Below are positions 25,007-37,335 of a stretch of 64,000 nt of DNA, piece by piece; the stretch's first letter is position 1; each line of letters begins with the position of its first letter. The translations under genes and the position numbers were made by a program. The notes under the pieces were generated by a model that ran no database searches, was not told the DNA's origin, and worked only from the letters and a program-made list of their open reading frames with translations. The stretch is taken from NCBI GenBank assembly GCA_013239625.1, contig MU053606.1, positions 1 through 64,000 of the forward strand. Reading direction: 5' to 3'. The DNA is from Lama guanicoe. Its lineage: Eukaryota.

Positions 25007-28000
25007 ATGGCAATAAACACACATCTATCATTAATTACTGTAAATGTTAATGGACTAAATGCTCCAGTCAAAAGACATAGAGTGGCAGACTGGATAATAA
25101 AGCAAGAACCTTCAATATGCTGCATACAAGAGACCCACTTTAGGGAGAAGGACACATATAGATTGAGAGTGAAAGGATGGAAAAGGATATTCCATGCAAA
25201 TGGAAAAGCCAAAAAAGCAGGTGTTGCAGTACTGATTTCAGACAAAATAGACTTTAAAACAAAGGCCATAAAGAAAGATAAAGAAGGACATTTTATAATG
25301 ATTAAAGGAGTGATACAAGATGAAGATATTACACTCGTTAATATATATGCACCCAATATAGGAGCACCTAAGTACATACAAGAATTACTAACAGAGATAA
25401 AGGGGGATATTGATGGGAATACAATCATAGTTGGAGATTTTAACACTGCATTAACATCACTAGACAGATCTTCCAGACAGAAAATAAACAAGGCAACAGA
25501 GAAATTAAATACTACAATAGAAAAACTAGATTTGGTGGATATTTTCAGAGCATTACACCCCCAAAAAATAGAATATACATTCTTTTCAAGTGCACATGGA
25601 ACATTTTCCAGGATCGATCATGTACTTGGACACAAAAGAAACCTCAACAAATTTAAGAAGATAGAAATTATCTCAAGCATCTTTACTGACCACAATGCCA
25701 TGAAACTGGAAATCAACAACAGAGAAACAAAGGAGAAAAAAAGAAAAGCATGGAGATTAAACAATATGTTATTGAAAAAACAATGGATCAATGAGGAAAT
25801 CAAAGCTGAAATTAAAAAATACCTTGAGACAAATGATAATGAAAGCACAACCACTCAAAACCTATGGGACACAGCAAAGGCAGTGCTAAGAGGGAAGTTT
25901 ATAGCGATACAGGCCTTCCTCAAAAAAGAAGAACAATCTCAAATAAACAAGTTAACCCACCACCTGAATCAATTAGAAAAAGAAGAACAAAAAGCCCCAA
26001 AAAGCAGCAGAAGGAAGGAAATAATAAAGATCAGAGAGGAATTAAATACAATAGAGATTAACAAGACCATAGAAAAAATCAACCAAACCAAAAGCTGGTT
26101 TTTTGAAAAAGTAAATAAAATCGACAAACCTCTGGCCAAACTCACAAAGAAGAAAAAAGAGAGAGCACAAATTAGCAAAATAAGAAAGGAAAATGGAGAA
26201 ATTACAACAAACAAAATAGAAATACAGAATATCATACGAGAATATTATGAAAAACTATATGGAACCAAACTGGATAACCTAGAGGAGATGGACAAGTTTC
26301 TGGAAACATACTGTCCACCAAAACTGAATCAAGAAGAAACTGAACACTTGAACAATCCGATCACTAGAAAGGAAATAGAAATAGCAATTAAAAACCTCCC
26401 TACAAATAAAAGTCCAGGACCGGATGGCTTCACCGGGGAATTCTACCAAACATACAAAGAAGAACTCATACCAGTCCTTCTCAAACTCTTCCAGACGATT
26501 GAAAAGGAGGGAATACTCCCAAACTCATTCTATGAAGCCACCATCACCCTGATACCAAAACCAGGCAAAGACACTACAAAAAAAGAGAATTATAGGCCAA
26601 TATCACTGATGAACATAGACGCCAAAATCCTCACCAAAATTTTAGCAAATAGAATCCAACAACACATAAAAAAGATTATACATCATGACCAAGTGGGGTT
26701 CATCCCAGGGACACAAGGCTGGTTCAACATACGCAAATCAATCAATGTAATACATCACATCAACAAGAGAAAGGACAAAAACCACATGATCATCTCAATC
26801 GATGCAGAAAAAGCATTTGATAAAATTCAACACCCATTTATGATAAAAACTCTCGCCAAAGTGGGTATAGAGGGAACATATCTCAACATAATAAAAGCTA
26901 TATATGACAAACCTATAGCCAGCATAGTTCTCAACGGTGAAAAACTCAAAAGCTTCCCACTAAAATCTGGGACAAGACAAGGATGCCCACTATCACCACT
27001 CCTATTCAATATAGTCCTGGAAGTCCTAGCCACAGCAATCAGGCAAGAGAAAGAAATAAAAGGGATCCAAATTGGAAAAGAAGAGGTAAAAGTGTCATTA
27101 TATGCTGACGACATGTTACTATATATAGAAAACCCTAAAAGGTCCACAAAAAAGCTACTAGAGCTGATCGAAGAATTCAGCAAGGTAGCAGGTTACAAAA
27201 TTAATGTTCAAAAATCAGTTGCCTTTCTTTACACTAACGATAAATCAACAGAAAAAGAAAGTAAAGAAACAATCCCCTTTAAAATAGCACCCAAAGTAAT
27301 AAAATATCTGGGAATAAATCTAACCAAGGAGGTGAAAGAATTATACACAGAAAACTATAAACCATTGATGAAGGAAATTAAAGAAGACTTTAAAAAATGG
27401 AAAGATATTCCATGCTCTTGGATTGGAAGAATCAATATTGTTAAAATGGTCACACTGCCCAAGGCAATCTACAGATTTAATGCAATCCCTATCCAATTAC
27501 CCAGGACATATTTCACAGAACTAGAACAAATCATAATAAAATTTATATGGAACCATCAAAGACCTAGAATTGCTAAAGCATTACTGAAGAGAAAGAAAGA
27601 GGCTGGAGGAATAACTCTCCCAGACTTCAGACAATACTATAGAGCTACAGTCATCAAGACAGCATGGTATTGGTACCAAAACAGACATATAGACCAATGG
27701 AACAGAATAGAGAGCCCAGAAATGAACCCACAAACTTTTGGTCAACTCATCTTCGACAAAGGAGGCAAGAATATACAATGGAATAAAGACAGTCTCTTCA
27801 GCAAATGGTGTTGGGAAAACTGGACAGCAGCATGTAAAACAATGAAGCTAGAACACACCCTTACACCATATACAAAAATCAACTCAAAATGGATTAAAGA
27901 CTTAAACATAAGACAAGATACAATAAACCTCCTAGAGGAAAACATAGGCAAAACATTATCTGACATACATTTCAAAAATTTTCTCCTAGAAGAAATAAAA

Positions 28001-28804
28001 GCAAGAATAAACAAATGGGACCTAATGAAACTTACAAGCTTCTGCAGAGCAAAGGAAACCAGAAATAAAACAAGAAGAAAACCTACGGAATGGGAGAAAA
28101 TTTTTGCAAGTGAAACCGACAAAGGCTTGATCTCCAAAATATATAAGCAGCTCATACGACTCAATAAGAAAAAAATAAACAACCCAATCCAAAAATGGGC
28201 AGAAGACCTAAACAAGCAATTCTCCAAGGAAGACATACAAATGATCAAAAAGCACATGAAAAAATGTTCAATATCACTAATTATCAGAGAAATGCAAATC
28301 AAAACTACAATGAGGTATCACCTCACACCAGTCAGAATGGCCGTCATTCAAAAATCCAAAAATGACAAATGCTGGAGAGGCTGTGGAGAAAGGGGAACCC
28401 TCCTACACTGCTGGTGGGAATGCAGTTTGGTGCAGCCACTATGGAAAACAGTGTGGAGATTCCTCAAAAGACTAGGAATAGACTTACCATATGACCCAGG
28501 AATCCCACTCCTGGGCTTGTATCCAGAAGGAAATCTACTTCAGGATGACACCTGCACCCCAATGTTCATAGCAGCACTATTTACAATAGCCAAAACATGG
28601 AAACAGCCTAAATGTCCATCAACAGGTGACTGGATAAAGAAGAGGTGGTATATTTATACAATGGAATACTACTCAGCCATAAAAACCGACAACATAATGC
28701 CATTTGCAGCAACATGGATGCTCCTAGAGAATGTCATTCTAAGTGAAGTAAGCCAGAAAGAGAAAGAAAAATACCATATGAGATCGCTCATATGTGGAAT
28801 CTAA
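25007..28804 (+). CDS. L1 ORF2p (APE endonuclease, reverse transcriptase, Cys-rich domain), 1265 aa
   Basis: NVNGLN, QETH, GDFN, SRIDH, TDH (endonuclease); QGCPLSP, YADD (RT); [18 protein letters not shown]; uninterrupted frame. Confidence 0.98.
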   Translation: MAINTHLSLITVNVNGLNAPVKRHRVADWIIKQEPSICCIQETHFREKDTYRLRVKGWKRIFHANGKAKKAGVAVLISDKIDFKTKAIKKDKEGHFIMIKGVIQDEDITLVNIYAPNIGAPKYIQELLTEIKGDIDGNTIIVGDFNTALTSLDRSSRQKINKATEKLNTTIEKLDLVDIFRALHPQKIEYTFFSSAHGTFSRIDHVLGHKRNLNKFKKIEIISSIFTDHNAMKLEINNRETKEKKRKAWRLNNMLLKKQWINEEIKAEIKKYLETNDNESTTTQNLWDTAKAVLRGKFIAIQAFLKKEEQSQINKLTHHLNQLEKEEQKAPKSSRRKEIIKIREELNTIEINKTIEKINQTKSWFFEKVNKIDKPLAKLTKKKKERAQISKIRKENGEITTNKIEIQNIIREYYEKLYGTKLDNLEEMDKFLETYCPPKLNQEETEHLNNPITRKEIEIAIKNLPTNKSPGPDGFTGEFYQTYKEELIPVLLKLFQTIEKEGILPNSFYEATITLIPKPGKDTTKKENYRPISLMNIDAKILTKILANRIQQHIKKIIHHDQVGFIPGTQGWFNIRKSINVIHHINKRKDKNHMIISIDAEKAFDKIQHPFMIKTLAKVGIEGTYLNIIKAIYDKPIASIVLNGEKLKSFPLKSGTRQGCPLSPLLFNIVLEVLATAIRQEKEIKGIQIGKEEVKVSLYADDMLLYIENPKRSTKKLLELIEEFSKVAGYKINVQKSVAFLYTNDKSTEKESKETIPFKIAPKVIKYLGINLTKEVKELYTENYKPLMKEIKEDFKKWKDIPCSWIGRINIVKMVTLPKAIYRFNAIPIQLPRTYFTELEQIIIKFIWNHQRPRIAKALLKRKKEAGGITLPDFRQYYRATVIKTAWYWYQNRHIDQWNRIESPEMNPQTFGQLIFDKGGKNIQWNKDSLFSKWCWENWTAACKTMKLEHTLTPYTKINSKWIKDLNIRQDTINLLEENIGKTLSDIHFKNFLLEEIKARINKWDLMKLTSFCRAKETRNKTRRKPTEWEKIFASETDKGLISKIYKQLIRLNKKKINNPIQKWAEDLNKQFSKEDIQMIKKHMKKCSISLIIREMQIKTTMRYHLTPVRMAVIQKSKNDKCWRGCGERGTLLHCWWECSLVQPLWKTVWRFLKRLGIDLPYDPGIPLLGLYPEGNLLQDDTCTPMFIAALFTIAKTWKQPKCPSTGDWIKKRWYIYTMEYYSAIKTDNIMPFAATWMLLENVILSEVSQKEKEKYHMRSLICGI

Positions 28805-30170
28805 AAAACAAAAACAAACAAACAAACAAAAACAAAGCATAAATACAGGACAGAAATAGACTCATGGACAGAGAATACAGACTTGTGGTTACCAGGGGGG
28901 TAGAGGGTGGGAAGGGATAGACTGGGATTTCAAAATTGTAGAATAGATAAACAAGATTACACTGTATAGCACAGGGAAATATACACAAAATGTTATGATA
29001 AATCACAGAGAAAAAAATGTGACAATGAGTGTGTATATGTCCATGAATGACTGAAAAATTGTGCTGAACACTGGAATTTGACACAACACTGTAAAATGAT
29101 TATGAATCAATAAAAAATTAAAAAAAAAAGAATAGTTACTTTGCTTTTGGTTTTAACCTAAGGAAATATCCAGAATTCCAGTGGCAGTTCAAAAACAAGG
29201 GTCTGTACTTTGCCTATTACATTTTTTAAGTTCAGTAAGAATAGCTGTAGACTAGGGTACTGTGGATAATTGAATACCTGCTTGGATATGTTATATGTAA
29301 GTTATATTTACAAAAATTATAAATATCATGTTAATCAATCCCTTGGATATCTATTTGTTATAATTTAGTCTTTTATAATGTAGATTTATATAGCCCTTTT
29401 GTTTATGTAACAATTATGAAAATAAGTTGGGTTTATATAACTCCTTTGTAGATAAATGATTTATTATTTGGTGGGTTTTTTTTAATCATTTGCTTCTTAA
29501 AAATAGGATATTAATTGCACAATATGTATTTTCCTTCAAGTTCATACTTTTTCCCTATACTATCTTGACTTTTTAGATAAGTTAACACGTAGTCTGATTT
29601 ATTTTGAACACTCAGTATGTGCTTCTGTCTGTTGCTTTATTAGAGAGCAAGAATTCTTATTATTTAAAAAAAAAATACTTGCAGTAAACTATACTGGGAT
29701 TCTTTCATTCACAGGGTCAAGCAATGATACCTGTTTTGTTAGATCAAGTGTCTAAGCCTGTCAAGTTCCAAATGATTACATGGACAAAGTTAAAAATGTC
29801 ATAAATGATTGACTAACAAACTTTATTGTGTTCCTTGATTAAAGGTATAAATATGGGTCCATCTTAAATTCGAATGTAAAGCTCTTATGAATTACATGAG
29901 TCTTCTCCAAAATTCTTTAATTTGGGCTTTAAACCCTCCAGTAAAATACTGGTTTGAAGGAAGAAGAGAGTCAAAAATAGATTCAATCCAAATTCTATGG
30001 GAATAAACAAAGCTAAATGTTTCAGTCATTTTTTGAAGCAGAACAGATATGTTTTCTGCACCATATGATTTTAATAGTATTCATCTGAACATACAGTTTA
30101 GACAACATGAGACCACAAGCCAACAAACAAGATGTCAGGCAAAGCAAGAAAAACCAATGAGGGGATTTTC

Positions 30171-30717
30171 TGCTGCAAAATTTCCCCTAAACCTTTAATC
30201 AAGAAAAAATCTGATGCCATATTGGATCTGTTCCTTTTGTTTGAAGCACTGTGCCCTGTTTTCCAGGCTTAATCTTGCTGGCTCTGCACCTTTTGTAAAA
30301 CAATGTTGCCTTTAGCCTAAAACCTACAGGAAAGCCTATTCTCAGGGCTCTGACCTTTAAGGATATTAGCACTTCTGCACTTATGCAGAGATGGTAAGTT
30401 GCAAAATAGAGAATATCCTTTGTTTTGTTGGAGGCTTTGAGGGACACCATAGCCTGACCCACATGGATGGCTGCAAGAACAAAGAATGCCTGCAGCAAGA
30501 AGTTTGCACATCCAACTACACCCCCTCCCCTTTTTAGTTTAAAAGGAGCCTTAATTCTGACTTGGGAAAGATGATTCTCCAGGACATTAGTCCCCCATCT
30601 TCATGGTCTGCCAGTTTTCTGAATAAATTTACTATTCCTTGCCCAAAAACCTTGTCTCCTGATTTATTTATTTATCACTGTTGTTCAGCAAGCAGAACAA
30701 GTTTGGCCTCGGTAACA
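30171..30717 (+). mobile_element. ERV1-class solo LTR (MER34/MER39-like)
   Basis: TATA-like tttaaaagg, aataaa at ~30622, 3' end ...gtttggcctcggtaaca resembling MER34/39 termini. 5' boundary uncertain; no clear TSD. Confidence 0.6.
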
Positions 30718-32179
30718 GAACCAGCTTTGTCATTCCCTCTGAAGTGAAATCTCTCTGGGTGTACACGTGCTTGCCTTGCAGTGGTGGTGGTGGTGGTGGT
30801 AGGCAAAAATATTTCACTTCTCCTGATTTCAATAGGCGAAAATTTCCTGCTATTCAACTCAACTCTAGACTTTTACAGAATCACCTGCAGATGTGCTTCT
30901 GGAAGCTACAAAAATTCCAACAATGAAAATAATTCTATTGTCTCCAGAAAAGATAATTTTCCTCAAAACTGAGCAGCTCTGAGACACACTTCAGGAGTAC
31001 AGATAGATGCAGTGTTCTTCATTTCCCATGCTGTTATGATGCAATTTTCCACTTATATCAAATTAAATTAAAATTGGTCTTCAATAGCAGATGCTCTGGA
31101 ATGATACAGCAATGTCAATTCTACTTATTTATTGAGCCACAGCAGCTTTAGAATAAATGACTTTATACCAAACTCCTGCTTGATATCCTGTCTTCTCCCT
31201 GGTGGCTAATTCCTTCTTCTTACTTCCTAAAAGTTCTCCTGTTATGGGAAGTTAGCCTTTACTGTGCACATTCATTTGGGAAGGCAGAAGTTAAATATGT
31301 GAGGGGATGACATACATATTTAATTCTTACTTGTACATATATACTAGCACAGAGGACCTGTGTCTTGGAAGATGTCACTTCCTAATGTGGGCAAGAGGAT
31401 GGTCTATAGTTCAATCAATGATCTAAAAGCAGTTTTCTAGGATATAATAAAGCAATGCTTGAGTTATAAGACAGAACAACTCCTGGATATGAATCAGTGG
31501 CACCAATCAGTGGGTGCACATGTGTGCATACACACGCCCGTGCACATGGAGCAGCCTTGGAGACACTCCATCTGTGCTGATGGAGCAAAGTCATGCTGGG
31601 AAGATGAGGAAATAGTGCCTAATACAATCAAACCAGGACACCTGAGTAATGGGATATAGGAGTCAATTGAATTTTCTGGTTAGCTGAAGGTCAAACAAAA
31701 ACACTTTTACTTTCAAACGTCACTGTTAAAAACTTTCTTAAAGCACAGGAGCCTGTTTTCCTACCTTACTTAATGTCATATGGCATATTAAACATGAAAG
31801 ATTCATACTTCTCTGACTGTGGAACCGGAAAGGCCTTGCTGTCATATTTCTGAACATTAGTCTATGTTTTACAGCACAGTGGATACTGAAAATGGGGCAA
31901 TTTGAGTGAATGGGAATGGACATAACCTAGCGGTCATTGACTGTGGGGGATTTGCCAACTTTCTCCAAAAAGTAGGGGTAGCAAACAAATCAGATAAATT
32001 GAGGGATCTTGGGATGGGGAGTTAGGTGGGCTGACAGCTGGGTGGTCCCAGGTAGCTTGTTTTACTGTGTAAATTTGTGACTATGATCCAGACAGTGACA
32101 CATTGTCAAATTCTTGTGCCTGTAGCTTTGATACCTGGCCAAGTCTGTGCAGCCAATTTTATCGAGGGTGCATAATGAA

Positions 32180-32410
32180 GATAACTAACATTCCCTGAGG
32201 GCCAGGTTGTGTGACTTCCATGCATTGACTCACTGAATTCCATAAGCACCCTTTGTGGTACATAACAGTCTTAAAATATGCAGCAGGGAATTATTCTATT
32301 TGCAGATGATAAAATGGAACTCTGAACTGTTGAAGCCTGGCCCGAAATCATGCAGATGTGAAGACGCCATGCTGGGAGCTAAGTTCAGGCCAGACTACAG
32401 AACCTGAAGG
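32180..32410 (-). mobile_element. MIR SINE (degenerate)
   Basis: attattctatttgcagatgataaaatgg resembles the reverse MIR core. Confidence 0.55.
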
Positions 32411-33420
32411 GCCCAGCAATTCCCCTCACCCAGGAACCTGGCTCACAGCCACTGCCAGGCCCTGTTCTGTTTCTATGAGTGGTCATAGGAAAATGCCAGG
32501 GACTCAGGGTCAATGTGACTTGATTAAGAAATTCAAACTGGGATAGCCTTTTGTTGGGGACTGTTACCTGGGAGTGAAACTGGCAGTGAAGTAAGGGAGG
32601 AAACAGCCCTGGTTGTAAGAATATTTCTAGGGAAGAAGGTTCCCTGATGGGCAGGCATGGGAATCGCTGTTTTTGTGAGCCCCCTGTTGCCCTGTGGGGG
32701 TGTGGACAGGGAAGGAGAGAGATTGTTCAGACTGGTCATAGTCAATACAGTTTGTAAACAGCTGAGTTCTGTTCCCTCACATCTCAGACACATGCAGGAC
32801 ATGAGGATGCTTAGCTAATGACCAACAGTGGGTAGCAAAGGGAAAGAGTAGGGTGGGGAGGAGAGATGGGGCCACCTACTGGAAGAACCTCTGCCCCAGG
32901 GGACCAGGAAGGTAATGAATGATTGGGGATTCACAAAGGGTTTATATGGCCTCATCAGGTAGTTCCTACTTTAAACTATAGTCTGGAATATATGGTCAAA
33001 TACGGTGGAATTACTGCTCTTATTTTAGGTTCTACAAACTCTTAAATGGATAGATTTCTATCTCCATTATACAAGCACCGATGGGTAAACTTTATAGTCA
33101 TGTGAGGATCAAAATGGTGAGTACTTATTAATACTATTACCATACTTCTACTGAATTAACACTTCAGTAACAGTATAATGGCCACTTTTCTTAACAACTG
33201 CCTCTGTAAGGGTCTTGTAAGTCACAAATAATAATTATAAAGAAAATATATAAAAAATAATAACAATTACAGTTACAAAAACTATGTTGTTTATAGCGAT
33301 GTTAGTGTTAGCATCTCCCTCTCATATTAAACAATACCCAACACTGGATTCCTTAGGAAGAAACACCAATGCATTTTTGGACTGTTCTAGGTCTTCACCC
33401 AATGAAGCCTTTTTACTCAC

Positions 33421-33627
33421 ATTGGTTCACCACAGCCAGAATTGCTGTTCCTTTCATGGTGGGCTGCCACGCTGCAATGTTCTGGGCTTTTTCTGGCACC
33501 ATGCATCTATACTGGGTAGTCAAGTTTCCATGTACCCACTCTGATTTCCAATATATTGTCCTCCAGAGCCAACAGAGGGACCACTGGAAAGAGGCCACAA
33601 TTAAGGTGGTGAACCCAAACTGAATAC
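33421..33627 (-). pseudogene. ANO6: ANO6 pseudo-exon 17 (207 bp; -1, +1, +1 frameshifts)
   Basis: caacag|..IQFGFTTLIVAS / PVVPLLALEDNILEIRVGTWKL / TTQYRCMVPEKAQNIAAWQPTMKGTAILAVV..|gtgagt. Confidence 0.93.
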
Positions 33628-34939
33628 CTGTTGAAGGAATGGACACACAACATGGAGTGGTGGATGGAAGGACAACATAAATTATTTTACTCCTGCAAAG
33701 AGAGAGGGGGAAATGGTGAACTAATTCCCAAAAAGAAAAGACATTCATGGTAATAATAATGTTCAACAGTGAAAGAATCCAAACAAAAGGCAAATATAAA
33801 ATCTCTGGGAAGACGACTCATTACAACCTGTTTCTTTCACGTATATACCCTTAGTAGGAATAACATACTTAAAAATCTTCAACCAACCATAGTTATTTGC
33901 TGGTAATAAACTTGGGAATCTTGAAGCATATTATTCACTCTCAGTGTTGAAATAATGCAATCTTGGAAGATGATTTGTAATTGAGGATTAAAAAAAGAAT
34001 ATTGTGTATGTATCTAACAATTTAAATAGAAATAAAAATGTACTTTTGGGAAAGCTATGCATAGAGAATGTTGGAGGAAATACACTGAAAATAGGCAAGT
34101 GAGCAAGCTCCTTTGACTCTGGGAAGGTGAATGCAGCACATTCAGAGTCTATGAAGTTATTACAAGTCACAGAAAGGTATGCAATTAAAGTGTCTTCCTA
34201 AAAAAAAATCCTTCTTCAGGAATTTTTATCTTGATATTTCTATGGTCTGTGTGGCCACAGGAAGTCAAAGTTATGGTGGTGGCTTAGAAGTTCTTTTCTC
34301 TCTATCTGTAATTTACAGGGCATTGCTACAGATGGGGCAGCAGAGATCTGTGGTAAGCTGTTCCATGGGGTGGGGGAGCTGTTAGAAATGATAAGGTCAG
34401 AGATCTAAAAGACTTTTAGACCCTCCCCTCCTAACTGGCAGACCTTTAAAGTAAACTAGCACAGGTATGTAACTAAGACAGTGGATGAGAGGCAAATTTA
34501 TAGTCCCTTTAGTGTTACTGCTCAGTCAAGGGGTAGGGACCACTCTGGCCAGGAACAGCAAGACCATGGATGTGGTGGATGGGTAGGAGGAGCTGACATT
34601 TGCTTCTGACCTGAGAGGCAGGGGTGTGTTGCAGAAAAGCCGACAGTGCTAGAAAGATGCAGTAGGTCCTCAGCCCAAAAGGAACTGTCATATTCAGGGA
34701 GGTCAGAGAGCAAGAACCAGAGTTAGTGAAGCCACAGGGTCAACAGCGTGGCAGCAGTTATATCAGTATCTGTGTCCATAACCCACCTAACCCTACATGA
34801 ACACATCTGCCTACAGGGGGCAGGTAAGTAGCAGAAATGTGTGGAGTGGGTGCAGCCACTGGCAAATTGGCAAGTGGACATCCTAAGGAAACGCACTGCT
34901 CACAGTCACCATATTGGAAAGAGGGCCCCACACTGTCAG

Positions 34940-35680
34940 ATCTCCTTCTTATTCAAGAGAAGCCAGAAATTAAGAGATTATTAGCAATCAACCCAGTTGA
35001 AAACCCAGAAAAGATATCATTTATGATGACAACAAAGGCACAGACTATTCAGAAATAAATTAATGAAAAATATTAAGATGATTCTGTTAAATGACTTAAA
35101 AAAAGAAAAAAAATGATGATTGAATGAGCAGTAGAATGCACCATACTCTTCATTGGGCAGACTCAAGTTTGGGGGACATAGAATAATTTTTCTCCAAAAT
35201 AAATTTAGAATCTGAATGCAAATTTTGTTAATAATCCAAAATGGATTTAAGAAAAATATCTGAAAGTTGATCATATACTTCTTCCAGAAATATACACAAA
35301 AATACAAATAAAATAATGAGGAGGGCTGTTTGAATTTGTAGTAGTAGGGACATTCTGGAAAAGGATAAAATAGGACCAACTCTAGGAGGTATTAATCTAT
35401 GGTCGTGGAAACAGTATAGAAATAGTGCACTGAGAGTATGAATGAAATAGAATGCATTTCAAGAATAGACGTGGATATTTTTGAGATTTTAGTAATATTA
35501 TAAAACTGACACTTCAAATCAGTGGATTCAAGTACTGGAGTAATTAGCTAAATCATTGGAAGACCTGGTACAGTGTCCCCACTTTTGATATTAAAATAAA
35601 TTCCAGATAATTTTTTAATTAAAAAATCAAACACCAGATTTAATCTGTTCAGATATTCAAGGGAGAAGAACTTTCTAAAA
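34940..35680 (+). mobile_element. Ancient L1M-type ORF2 fragment
   Basis: A-rich degenerate ORF2-like motifs (ccatactcttcattgggcagactcaa; aaaataaattccaga). Confidence 0.5.
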
Positions 35681-35809
35681 AGCTTTTGGAACAAAGACCA
35701 ACAACAGCAAAGGGCTAGCAACTCAGCAAGGCCAGAAACGCCCCCTGTAAAACAAAACTAACCCTCGCCCACCCCTCTCTCATGGCCCTGTGTTGCTCTC
35801 TGATACTTT

Positions 35810-37335
35810 ATACACTTTCTTCTTCCCCTTAAAGTCCAGTTTCTTGGAGAAGTACCTGTGCTGATGACTCCTCCAGGGCTCAGAGACCTGCATCCCCCAT
35901 GGCCCTCACCACGGCACTGAGACAGGAGTTGCACTGCCGGTGGCTGCGTGTTTAAAACCAGTGGGCATTTTCAGCTCCCACTTATTTGATTACCAGGTAG
36001 CTTTTGCCGTGGACAAATATTTTCCTCTCAGTGGAATGTTTCCCCCCCTTAATTTTTGTTTTACATAAATAAATTTAAAAAGCCCAGGCAGAAAAGTGTG
36101 TGTGCACATATGCACATATAGAGATACACACAGATCTGTTTTTCAAAGGTTACCTTAGTCCTCCTCCTTCTTTTCCCCAGTCTTGGCAATTAAAGGTGTG
36201 CTTAAGCCCTTGCTTTTTTGCCCCACACACCCCCGTTTCTCACTATGCTCCTTTTAGTCAGTGTTCAAATCCCTCTTAAGCCAGGTTACAGCCTTCTCTG
36301 TGTTGCCTCAACTAGTTTTCTCCCAGCTGCTCTGCTGTTCTTTCTCTTGGTGTATTTCTCTTCTCCCATTTGCCATGTACATGACCCTTTTCCCCAGGGC
36401 CTCATCTTCAATCCTCCACTTGGCAGGACTGAATCGTCCCCACGGCCTCACCCACAGCTCCTCTGAGCTCCTGACTGGTGAATCTAGCTTAACAATGGAC
36501 ATAACCCCTTTGATGTCCCATAGACACTTTGCACTCAAAATGCCACACACAGAACCATCTCCTCGAAACCAGCTCTTCCCTTTACACTCCCCCTGCAGAT
36601 CCACTTTCTGGATGGGTCACTGGAAAGTCACCTCAGCAGCTCTGCAGCCCGCCGCCCCAGCCCTGCAGTCACCTCTGCAGCAGTCACCACTTCTGCTGCC
36701 CATGTCTCTATCCCTCTGCCAAGGGCCTCTCTGCAGGTGTGTGCAACTTGTCTGGGTTACCTGGGGTGGTCCCCAAAATATCCTTTCCCCCCCAAAATAT
36801 GGGCCTCTCCCCCTAAAATAGTATCTTCCATTCTGCTGCCAGAATAACCAGATATTCTTCAACATAAACATTATGCAATTCTCTTACAAATATTCCAATA
36901 TATCCCTGCTTCCTTAAGGATATATTGAAGTCTAAGCACACAAGGCCCATTGTGACAGAGGCCTTGTGCACCTGATATTCCCACCTATGGATCCTTTGTT
37001 CTAGCCCTACTTGTTGTTCTTCACTCTGGCCAAGCTGCTTCATGCTGTATACTCTTATATGTCTCTACCTCTCTGCATGAAGTGTCCACTCCCTCTACCA
37101 CACAATAGAGAGCTAACTTCCTTTCACCTTTCAAGATTCAGTTTAAATATTTCCAGCTCTAGGCAGTCCAATGTGTGTTCACCTGCTTAGCAATCCATTA
37201 ACTACTTATCAAGCCTCACCTGGCCTGGGGAGTGCAGACACCATGTCTTACCTGTCTTGGTCTCCCCAGCAGTTGATACAGTGTTTGACATAGCAGGTGC
37301 TCAATGTTTGTTGAATGAATAAATGAATGAATCAA
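35810..37335 (+). mobile_element. L2 fragments ending in an L2 3' terminus
   Basis: Ends ...gcaggtgctcaatgtttgttgaatgaataaatgaatgaat; CT-rich L2-like body upstream. Boundaries approximate. Confidence 0.55.

Larger units (their letters stand above)
21930..29128 (+). mobile_element. Full-length LINE-1, apparently intact
   Basis: 11-bp TSD agaatagttac (21919-21929 and 29129-29139) preceded by TT (TT/AGAA endonuclease-type site). CpG-rich 5'UTR, ORF1, 397-bp spacer, ORF2, 3'UTR with G-tract, AATAAA and A-tail. Confidence 0.98.

Noticed and set aside
23808..29084. Hydrophobic antisense ORFs over L1 ORF1/ORF2
   Set aside because: Expected shadow frames of an A-rich coding strand.
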